The notes under the pieces are model-generated. The model made no database searches and had not been told where the DNA came from. It saw only the letters and a list, made by a program, of their open reading frames with translations. Made by a program: the position numbers and the translations under genes. DNA of 64,000 bases, from the NCBI GenBank assembly GCA_013265495.1, contig MU058226.1, positions 210,741 through 274,740 on the forward strand. Direction: 5' to 3'. The stretch is from Vicugna vicugna (lineage: Eukaryota). Positions 22,752-45,463 of the stretch are shown in pieces (the stretch's first letter is position 1; the number at the start of each line of letters is the position of its first letter).

Positions 22752-25172
22752 CATTTTTATGAATAACATGGGAGTGTTACAGATCTGAAACTGTCCCCTT
22801 ACATTTCTCCAGGTCCACCTGACTCTTGGACAGTTCTCTCCAATCACAGAAATGCACACGTCCTAGTTTGAAAACTTGCCCTGGAGAAACTTACCAGACA
22901 AGAGTAGAAGAGAGCGCACAGCAGCATCGTGGTCATAACCATCAGCTTAAACAAAGTAAATGTCCACTGACAGGAGTGAGGACGTATTGTGGTGTGAGCA
23001 TGCAGAAAGAAAGTGAATGAATTACAGCTACACAGTCAAAATCATAATGCTGAGTAAAAAAGCCAGCCCCAAAAGAACACATGGAGAGTGATTCCACACA
23101 TGTGAAGATCAAACAGGGAAATCTAAACAGTATATACTGTTTAGAAATACTTACAATGCATAGATAGTGAAACTAAGATAAGCAAAGGAAGGGAACATGA
23201 AGAATTGAGGGTGGAGTTCAGTCTGCAGGGAGGGAATGGGATGCAGATAACTTGGAGCACGCAGGACGTCTGATGTCCTGGGAATTTATTTCTTAAGCTG
23301 CTGTCAGGTGCCCAGGCAGTCTGTTACATTCATCTTTAACTATAAATGCTTATTTTATACATGCTTCCATGCGTATAGTATAATCACAATAAATTTAGGA
23401 GAGAGGATGAATGTGAAGAGAGAGTGGAAAGGGCAAGTGAGGAACACCAAATGCTGACTGTGCTGGGAAGAGGAGAGGAAGCTGGAGAGGGACCAGGTTG
23501 AAGAAGGTTGGGGGGGTGAGTACTCAGGAGAGTGGACAAAGTTGAAAGGGGCTGCGGGAGGGGGCAAAGTGGCACCTGGAGCCCAGCTGAAGGGAGCCTG
23601 CCAAGAGCAGCTGCATGATGCATTGTGAGTGGTACCTTGGCTAGACTGGGAAGAAAGGAAGGAAGGGAAGAAGGGAGGAGGGCCTGACAGAAAAGGAAAG
23701 ACCCATGACTGGAGGTTCTCCTGGGAGAACAGAGCAGGTATACTCACTGCGCTCCAGGAGGGAGCAAGCTGAGGGCTCCTCAGAGGATGGTATGCTGGCA
23801 CTGTAAATTTCAGAGAGGATGAAATTCCAGATGCTGATAATCACCAGAGTATGATTCTAGGAAGAAAGTGGATGAGATGGAGTCAAGGTAAAAGTTGTTG
23901 GAAGGAGGCCAAGAAGCTTTGAAGAACCCAGTAATACAGGCTGCGGATGGGGGAGGGATATGGGTGGGGTGGGAAGGAGGCCTTTCACTACGTACCTTTT
24001 TATATTTTTTGAATTTTGAACCATACAAATGAATCCAAGAAAATGTAAACAAAAAGATATTTTAATTGGGGTGTGGATTGGGTTATTAGCATGGACACTG
24101 GCAGGCCCATAAGTGAGTTGCTCATGGCAACAAGGAGAGAGAGGCGGGGAGCTTTAGAGTAGGACTCTTGAGGCTGCGAGGAAAGGGTGTTTGGACTGAA
24201 GTGGAAGAGTCCTGTTCCTGGGATTGACAAGGAGCTAGCAGAACCCGCCATCATTTCCCCAGACTTAGTGCTGAGCAAGGCCGGATGGTGTGGAGGGGGA
24301 AGGTCATGGGCTGCAGGAAGAACTAAATTCTCTCAAAAGCAGGAGGTGGGGGGAAGAATAGTTCCGGAGGCTGAGGCTGTGAGAGGCTTCCAAAGAACTG
24401 GAGAAAATGAATTACTAGGAGGATGTACAGATTGGGGAATGGGATACTTTGCAGGAGATAGATGGGAATTTAGGAAAGGTGGTTTTACAAATAGATGGGA
24501 GTGGTGTGGGCCTTTTGTTTTCTTGAGGTGTCTTTTTTTTAATTGAAGTATAGTCCGTTACAATGTGTCAGTTTCTGGTGTACAGTATAATGTGTCATAT
24601 GGTTTCTTTTCTCAAGCTGTGAGCACCTGTCACCATTGTCTGAACAGGCTGCAGTTTTCACCAGGGTTTCTACAGTGAGGGCAGAGCAGAGTGTGGGTCC
24701 AAGCAGAAATGAGAAGTTGGAAATTTTATTGTAATACCAGAAAGTCTTATCAGCCTATGGATTAAGAAATCCAGGCAGACTTCCCTCCTCCTTTTCAATT
24801 GGTTGCTCAAGGCATATAGTTATTTCAGTCTGGGCTAAGCACAATTGCAAAAGTAAACCCACTGCGAAAAAAACTTTGAATGCCACGGGGAAGTGTCTAA
24901 GCTTTTCTACCACTTAGACATTTCCTACTAGGTCACTGCTTGGTCCATAACCAAGAGCAGTGCACTAAGCCAGGAGCTAGCTAATCCTTGACCACTTCTC
25001 CTAAATATACACACAAAAATACACACACCCCTTTTCAGATTGAACTTTTGTAGATGCAAGGCCAGAAAAGACTTCAGAGGACAATCCCTTCATTTCATTG
25101 AAGAGAATACTAAAACCTCTGAGGACCTGAGGACTTCAAACCTGGCTAGAATCTAGAACTTCTGTCTCCTAA

Positions 25173-25654
25173 TTTTTTTTTTAATTGAAGTAAAGTCAGT
25201 TGAAAATGTTGTGTCAATTTCTGGTGTACAGCATAATGTTTCAGTCATATATGAACATACATATATTCTTTTTATATTCTTTTCCCTCATAGGTTACTAC
25301 AAGATATTGAATATAGTTCCCTGTGCTATACAGAAGAAATTTGTTTATCTATTTTATATACAGTAGCTAGTATCTGCAAATCTCAAACTCCCAATTTATC
25401 CCTTCCCACCCTCTTTCCTCCCTGGTAACCATAAGTTTGTTTTCTGTGTCTATGAGTCTGTTTCTGTCTTGTAAATAAGTTCATTTGTGTCTTTTTTTTT
25501 TTTTAGATTCCACATATAAGTGATATAGTATTTTTCTTTCACTTTCTGGCTTACTCCACTTAGAATGACAATCTCCAGTTCCATCCATATTGCTGCAAAT
25601 GGCATTATTTTATTTTATTCTCTTTTATGGCTGAGTAGTATTCCATTATATATA

Positions 25655-25690
<36 letters not shown>

Positions 25691-25861
25691 ACAACTTCTT
25701 TATCCAGTCATTGTCGATGGACATTTAGATTGTTTCCATGTCTTGGGTATTGTTAAATAGTGCTGCTATGAACATTGTGGTGCCATGTATCTTTTTGAAA
25801 TTAGAGTTCCCTCCAGATACATGCCCAGGAGTAGGATTACTGGATCATATAGTAAGTCTAC
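25173..25861 (-). mobile_element. 5'-truncated LINE-1 (3'UTR) with perfect TSD and internal (TA)n
   Basis: TSD AGAACTTCTGTCTCCTAA at 25155-25172 and 25862-25879; poly-T at 25173; (TA)n at about 25646-25687. Confidence 0.9.
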
Positions 25862-27549
25862 AGAACTTCTGTCTCCTAATTTTTTCTTGAATCCTTAATC
25901 AGATTTTATTTCTCAACCCTACAAGAATCCTGAATTTATTTGTTCTTGACACTAGGCTAAGGCGTTGGTCCTGCCACCCAAGGACAAGAAGTCCTGTCAT
26001 TTTATACTGGCAGAAGTTGGAAGACAAAGGCCTAGGATCTAGATATCCCTATATGGGGTATATGTGAAAACACTCCTACAACAGCTTCTCACCAGACTAT
26101 ACAGGAAAAGTCAGCCTTGTGCACCACAACTTGATTCCATATAAAACTGTAACTGGGTGGGCTAGGCACCTGAGTCACCAGCTCTCAACTCTACCTGCTA
26201 CCAAGGACCACCTGTCTTAATGAGGGAAGCAGAATTTTTAGTTACAGTTCTTTGAAAATTTAAGTCTGTCTTTCAATTAGTCAAAGGAGAAAGGAGCTCT
26301 CACTGATGCAGCACCTGATATATGCCAGGCTCACATAACTCCACATTAGCTCTGTGAGGAATCCAGGGCCTCCAATTCAAAGATAAAGATGCTGTGATTC
26401 AGAGAATTAAGTAACTTGCCCAAGGGCCCTCTTTTCATAAGTAGTGGAATATGGCTTTGAGCTTAGGTATGTCTGACACAAAAGCCAACATTCTTCCTGG
26501 AATCCACGTGGCCTAAAAACAAAGATATTTCTACAAAGAGGGATTTTAGAATAGAGAACTGGGTGAAGACATAAAAGTCAAAGAACTTAAACGAGAAAGG
26601 CAGATTAGAGGCACCACTGGAACACTGCCCCCACTGCCCCATCAAAGGGCATCCCTTGAGTTCAGGATTCGGTTTAAGTCAGCATCAAACTTTTATGGGT
26701 GGATGCTGACTAAATTGAAGCGAAATGACTTCAACAGTCAGTCATTTATTGTATGGCTTTTATTTGCAAAACATAACCCAAGACATAATTCATACAATCA
26801 AGAAGTTTACAATCTAATGGGGAAACCAGGTATTGAACACATTATATCACCAGCAGTTCCATCAGAATTAATATGGAAGGAAAATGCTCTAGTGTCCTGG
26901 AGGATGTAACAAACAAATCCAGTTGGCAGGAAACAGGAGCTTCTCCTGCATTTGGATGTGTGGGGAAATGAGTGCATGTATGAGAGATGCAAGGAAGAGG
27001 GAACCAGTCTTTAAGTCTTCAATTAAAGCCTGTGGTGAAGTTGTGGAGACTGCAGCTTAGTTTGGGAATGACAAAGAAAGCAAACGTGCAGAATTGAGGG
27101 TGGTGGAGCTTTGACCTTGTGAATCTGGTGGAGGGGCAGGGATGGGAAGGACGGTTGTGGTTGGAAAGATTAAAGATAGTAGAATCTTATTAATGTAAAT
27201 ATTCACATAATTAGAACAATTAGTACTAGGGCTAATTGTACAGTAGGGTGAAATGGTCAAGGTCATTGACAGTACGAGGGTTTTTGCCTTGGCAAAAAAT
27301 TGGGATCAATTTTGAGAATGTTGGCAGAGGCAGGACGGGTGTGATTTCACAAGATTTTGAGACAGAGAGGAAGTTAACGACACTGGATTGTTTGGCCTCG
27401 TAGGAAGTTAAATATCTTTTAGGACAGGAGTGCTGGGGTGGTTAGTAGCTTCAGAAGGCCTGGAAAAGTCTGGAAGTGTGGCTGGAGGAACTGTGAACAG
27501 GGGATGCAGACATGGGCAACAGCAACCAACATCCCCGATAGTCTCGGGT

Positions 27550-28520
27550 GGTCTGGGACCCCGGGAGGGGCGGGGATTGCAACCCGGGCCCCGCTCCGCA
27601 CAGCTGGGTCAGAGCCGCACCACCTCCTATGAGCAGGTGGCAGCGCCGCCCGCGGGAAGCCAGGCAGGCGGGGAGCGCAGGGGGCGGGGCGCGCCTTGCG
27701 GGGCGCAGAGCAGGCTGCGCCGCGAGCCGCCGGGAGCGGGGGGCGGGCCCGAGCCGAGCGGGCCTCCGCGCGGCATTTGGCACGCACGCGCAGACCAGCC
27801 GCGGGGCCCGGAGGCACAGAGGAGGGGGAGCCAGAAAGAGGGGGGGTGCGGAACGTATTTCCGCTCTGGCGGACAAATAATAGCGGCCAAAGGGGAGGCC
27901 AGGCCGTCCGGCCCTTTAACCGGGTGGGGGGGCTGGTGAAGAAAGGAGGGTCGGGAAAGGGGGAATCCTGCTCCTTTAATTCCCTCCCCTTTTCCTTCTC
28001 TCTGAGTTCTAGCCGACGCCGCCGCGCGCGGGGCCTGGAACACACGGCACGAGCCGCCCCCGCCCCTCCTCCCTTACGCCCACGCGGAGCCAGCCCCGCG
28101 CGCGCGCGCGCGCCCCGTGCACCCCCGCGCCTGCGCGCTGCCCAGGCCCTGCCCGTGTGTGGGGGCGCAGTCGACCCCGGGGGGGTGGGGGAAAAAAACC
28201 ACGGAGTTCTGAACGTGGGGGGGGCGTGCACGATGCGTGCAGCCGGCGGGGGGAGGACGTGAAAGGCGCGTGCAAACGTGCAATGGGGGGGCGGAGGAAT
28301 GAGGCAGCGGGTAAAGGGGGCGGGGTGAGAAGAGGCTGCAACCTGGGCCACCCTGGAGCCCCAGGCCTCTGCTCCCTTTTTTTCCCGATCTTCCCCCGTG
28401 GGCGCGCGGGCTCGCCTCATCCTCGCGGGCGGTGGAGCTGGGGAGTGCGGACGCCGCTGCCCCGCCCCCGGGAACCACGCCTCCCTCTTTTCCGAGGGAC
28501 AGCGCCTCCCCGGGGGCTGG
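27550..28520. promoter_or_regulatory. CpG island / ZBTB12 promoter and 5' non-coding region
   Basis: Very high GC and CpG density with GC boxes; splice acceptor ccttcccaaccag ends at 28655, just before the ATG. Confidence 0.85.
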
Positions 28521-28675
28521 GGAAACTGAGGAAGAGGCTTAAAGACTTGGTGCTCTGATGCTGGAGGGCCAGGCAAGAATGGGGGTGCGAGGCCTGGAGC
28601 CTTGGCTTAGGAAAGCCAGAGACCTTTGTCTCTGACCGGTTTCCTTCCCAACCAGGGTTGCCCACCCCCGCCACA

Positions 28676-30055
28676 ATGGCCTCTGGGGTGGAAGTCCTGC
28701 GCTTCCAGCTGCCTGGCCACGAGGCCGCTACGCTGCGGAACATGAACCAGCTCCGCGCAGAGGAGCGGTTCTGCGACGTGACCATTGTGGCCGACAGCCT
28801 CAAGTTCCGCGGCCACAAGGTCATCCTGGCCGCCTGCTCGCCGTTCCTGCGGGACCAGTTCCTGCTGAACCCCAGCTCTGAGCTGCAGGTCTCCCTGATG
28901 CACAGTGCGCGCATAGTGGCTGACCTGCTTCTCTCTTGCTACACGGGAGCCCTGGAATTCGCTGTCAGAGACATCGTTAACTACCTGACGGCAGCCTCCT
29001 ACCTGCAGATGGAGCACGTGGTGGAGAAATGCCGGAACGCCCTCAGCCAGTTCATCGAGCCCAAAATAGGCCTCAAAGAGGATGGGGTCAGCGATGCCAG
29101 CCTTGTGAGCAGTGTCAGTGCCACCAAATCCCTCCTCCCTCCTGCCAGGACCCCAAAGCCAGCCCCCAAACCCCCACCTCCACCCCCTCTTCCCCCTCCA
29201 CTCCTGAGGCCTGTAAAGCTAGAGTTCCCGCTGGATGAGGACCTGGAGCTGAAGGCCGAGGAAGAGGATGAGGACGAGGACGAGGACGTGTCTGATATCT
29301 GCATCGTCAAGGTGGAATCAGCCCTGGAGGTGGCACACCGGCTCAAACCTCCCGGAGGCCTGGGAGGAGGTCTGGGCATCGGAGGCTCTGTGGGCAGCCA
29401 CCTTGGGGAGCTGGCCCAGAGCAGCGTGCCCCCCAGCACCGTGGCCCCACCACAGGGCGTGGTGAAAGCCTGCTACAGCCTGTCCGAGGACGCGGAAGGG
29501 GAGGGCCTGCTGTTGATCCCCGGAGGCCGGGCCAGTGTGGGGGCCACCTCAGGTCTAGTGGAAGCAGCAGCGGTGGCCATGGCTGCCCGGGGGGCGGGGG
29601 GCAGCCTGGGGGCAGGGGGCAGCCGGGGACCCCTGCCCGGAGGCTTTTCCAGTGGAAATCCCCTAAAGAACATCAAGTGCACCAAGTGCCCGGAAGTGTT
29701 CCAGGGCGTGGAGAAGCTGGTCTTCCATATGCGGGCACAGCACTTCATCTTCATGTGCCCGCGCTGCGGCAAGCAGTTCAACCACAGCAGCAACCTCAAC
29801 CGCCACATGAACGTGCACCGTGGCGTCAAGTCGCACTCGTGTGGCATCTGCGGCAAGTGCTTCACGCAGAAGTCCACGCTGCACGACCACCTAAACCTCC
29901 ACTCTGGAGCGAGGCCCTATCGCTGCTCCTACTGCGACGTGCGCTTCGCTCACAAGCCTGCCATTAGGCGGCACCTCAAGGAGCAGCACGGCAAGACCAC
30001 GGCCGAGAACGTGCTGGAGGCCAGTGTGGCTGAAATCAACGTCCTCATCCGCTAG
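28676..30055 (+). CDS. ZBTB12: Zinc finger and BTB domain-containing protein 12, single coding exon, 459 aa
   Basis: ATG at 28676 (gccacaATGg), [23 protein letters not shown] domain, poly-Pro and acidic linker, four C2H2 fingers, TAG at 30053-30055. Confidence 0.98.
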   Translation: MASGVEVLRFQLPGHEAATLRNMNQLRAEERFCDVTIVADSLKFRGHKVILAACSPFLRDQFLLNPSSELQVSLMHSARIVADLLLSCYTGALEFAVRDIVNYLTAASYLQMEHVVEKCRNALSQFIEPKIGLKEDGVSDASLVSSVSATKSLLPPARTPKPAPKPPPPPPLPPPLLRPVKLEFPLDEDLELKAEEEDEDEDEDVSDICIVKVESALEVAHRLKPPGGLGGGLGIGGSVGSHLGELAQSSVPPSTVAPPQGVVKACYSLSEDAEGEGLLLIPGGRASVGATSGLVEAAAVAMAARGAGGSLGAGGSRGPLPGGFSSGNPLKNIKCTKCPEVFQGVEKLVFHMRAQHFIFMCPRCGKQFNHSSNLNRHMNVHRGVKSHSCGICGKCFTQKSTLHDHLNLHSGARPYRCSYCDVRFAHKPAIRRHLKEQHGKTTAENVLEASVAEINVLIR

Positions 30056-30885
30056 CACTAGTAGGGCAGGCACTGGGTCCCTGGGCTAGGTGGAAAAGGG
30101 GCTCCCTGGCCCAGGAGAATAGGGGGTGGGGGGTCGGGGGCAGACAGGTACGGTGAGGAGCCTGAGCAGACACACACATCCTGAGGGAGAGGCCGAAGAT
30201 TCCTTAGAAGACTGCCTCTTCAGAAGAAAAGGATGGAGAGGAAGAGGGTTCTTTGAGAAGGCCAAGGGAATAGGGGGGAGGGGGGTCCCAAAGAAAGATT
30301 TTCTTCTCTTAGAGGTGCATGGATATGTGGAGGGAGGGAAAAGGTCCTATGGGATGAGGAGGGGAAAAGGCTGGAAAATGTTTTATTTCCGGCTAAGGCT
30401 GTCCAGGAAGAGGTTCTGACATTTCTTGAGGTAGGGGGTGGGTGGGTGGGAAGTGGGAGGGGATTTGGCAGGAGGCAGTTTAATTGCTCCTGCTTAGAAT
30501 AGATCCTTGGGAGAGGGAACGGTAGGGGGAAGGATTATTGAATTCCAGAAAAGGAAGGGGGAGACAGTTCTTGCATGCTGGGGGAATGGGACTGTGGGTA
30601 CAAGGCTCACCAAAATTGTAGGGAGAACAAAGTAAGGTGGAAGGTAGGGGAACATGGGGGTGAGCATCCTTGGTAGATATTGGGAAGTGGGGTACAATAG
30701 CAAGAACTACGAATAGTGGTGGGGGTGGGGGGTAGGGCACTTAGATGAGAGGACACAAGAAGGGCTGTTGAGGGGGAGGGAAAGGAGTAGAGACTTATAC
30801 AGTATTTTTTAAGAAAACAAAACGTATTTTTTAGGATTTTTTCTGGAGTTTGGGGTTTTAGTTTTTCTGCTTTTGTTTTCCACAA

Positions 30886-30891
30886 AATAAA
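30886..30891 (+). terminator. ZBTB12 polyA signal AATAAA
   Basis: AATAAA followed by a T/GT-rich downstream element. Confidence 0.7.
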
Positions 30892-31334
30892 AAAAAAACT
30901 TTTTTTTCTTTATACTTTGTCTGGCAACTGTGTGTAAATGACTGTCCCACTTCACCCTCTGGTGCCATTTGCGAAGTACCCCAAGGTCACAACTCATGCA
31001 GGCCCATGCCTGAAGGAGCCTTGACAGGGGAAGGGGAATGTGACAAGGGGGTTCCTCTGGCCAGAGAACCCCCCTCCCCAGTTCTACATCCTGAACAACT
31101 GGCAGATACCTCACAGCACAAGGTTCCATGATTGTTTGGCAGAGGCTTTAACACAACCTGCTCCTCTAGTTGAAGAGTTCAGTGTCAGGGCTAGGGATGG
31201 GATTCTAGGTGTGATTGTGGTGCCCACCAAAATTGTAAGCAGGATCCTGTGTTTGAGCCTGTTTTTGGTCTGAGGAAAGGGTTCATGTCCTTGGGAAAGC
31301 TAAAAACCACTGTTCAGATTAGGGTATGGGGAAG

Positions 31335-31395
31335 ACTACAATTCCCAGAGAACTCTGGAATCCTTAACCAAAAAGAACTACAGTTCCCAGAAGGC
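31335..31395 (+). promoter_or_regulatory. Tandem ZNF143/THAP11-type SBS motifs upstream of EHMT2
   Basis: ACTACAATTCCCAG at 31335-31348 and ACTACAGTTCCCAGAAGGC at 31377-31395. Confidence 0.7.
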
Positions 31396-32259
31396 CTTGA
31401 ATTGGCCTCAGGTGCCCTATATCCCAACCACCTGCCTGTGTCAAATACTGCATGTGAAATACAGATATTATCCAAAATTTGACCATAATGTAATACCTAA
31501 AGGGATGGTACTCTATTGCTGCCAAAGTTGTGTGTCTTGGTGTAATATTCATACTTCCACTGTTGGCTGGGCTATGACCCACGGAGTGCCTGGCTATCCT
31601 TGTTAAGTGGCCAAAAAAAAAAAGGTTACTTACTGTCACCAGACAGTAATGACTCGGGTCTCTGGGGGCTTACCTGGATCCCTAGTGCTTGTGGTGGCGT
31701 AACACGTCTGGCATAAACAGAAAACACATTTAGCCCCAGGTTTTCAAAAGGGGTCGCTGCTCCAGGGGACCCTGAAGCAGCATGCTAAAACCAGCCAAGA
31801 TTAAATGTGTCCTCCGCGCATCCCCATCGCCCCCTTCTTGCTCGTTAGAGAAGCGAGGCCAAAATTGAGGCCGAGCTTTCTGTCTAGTGACCCAGAAACT
31901 AGAAAGCAACCAGCAGCAGGAGAAGCACACGCGGGTAGGACTGGAAATACAGCCACTGCCTAGAGAGCCGGGAGGCTCAGACGCTACGTAGTTACCTAAA
32001 ACCAGGTGGGGAATGGAGAAGCCACACCTGGGCTCAAGGCGTGCCTCGCCTTCAGCTAGCCGCTGGGCTGAGGCCAGGAATGGCAGAAATTCCTGCAGCC
32101 CCCAGCTTAGGACGGCCACTGCCATCTCCCAGGCCGCTCTCGAGGGAAGATAGCCAGAAAGCGCGTAGTGGCTCCTTTAAGGCTCCTCCTAGCCCTCCCT
32201 CCCCCGCCCACGTGACCCGGGGCGGCCGCGCGCCGGCTCGGCCCCCCGCGCAAGCGGCG

Positions 32260-44669
<12,410 letters not shown>

Positions 44670-44957
44670 GAATGGACCACCCACCCCGCCCCATGGCCAC
44701 CTGCTCAGCAGCCACCTCTGCCCTTGCTGCTCACAGTCCACACCTGAGGGTGCTACCATCTTCTCTCCCCCGCCCCTTCACACATTCCTCAGCCAGAGAT
44801 CCCAGCCAGGCCCTGGAGGTCTGACAGCCCCTCTCTCCCAGAGCTGGTTCCTCCCTGGGAGGGTGACTTCAGGGCAGGCCACCCCCCACCCCCATCCTCA
44901 GCTTAAGTTTGATGAATTGAAATTGGGCCTCTATGCTAACTGGTTTCCTTTGTTCTC

Positions 44958-44982
44958 AATAAACGTTGGGTTTGGTAATAAA
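44958..44982 (+). terminator. EHMT2 tandem polyA signals
   Basis: AATAAA at 44958-44963 and 44977-44982. Confidence 0.85.
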
Positions 44983-45463
44983 CTGAGTCACTGTTGATGA
45001 GGAAGCACACAGGGCCGGAGGAATGTGGGTCCCAGGGGGCACAGAGAGGGAATGGGAAGCAGGCCAGACAGGTGTGCTGGTGTGGACAGCCACCTGGGGG
45101 GAGGCGGGGGCTGTGGGGGATTACTGTGGGCAGGGTCTAGTCAAGGGCAAATCTCATCTCCACACTTAATCTTTGGCAGGAGAGTGTGGGTGTGAGAGTA
45201 CCACGATTGAGGTAGTTTGCAAAACCATGAAGGATTTTCTTAGAGCAAGTGTTCCAGGCCATGGTCCATGAGGCCCGCAATAAGCAACCCTAACCTGAAA
45301 CCCTGTCCCAGGCTTGCTTTCCAGCCCTCCGCTGGAGTCAGGGAGGAACTAGAGTGTGTCAGGGACCACAGGCGGAGGTGGGGCTGTGACGTGTGGGAGG
45401 GCGGGGCAGGTAGCAGGTGAGCGGCCAGGTCTCCCAGGCTCCAATCACTCCAGAGACTGAGCC

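Noticed and set aside
27419..28576. 385-aa minus-strand ORF and other long ORFs over the ZBTB12 CpG island
   Set aside because: Low-complexity Pro/Ala/Arg/Gly content expected from stop-poor GC-rich DNA; no recognisable domain.
28658..28675. ORF-track start of ZBTB12 at 28658
   Set aside because: It is a TTG just after the splice acceptor; the ATG at 28676 in good Kozak context gives the expected MASGVEV N-terminus.
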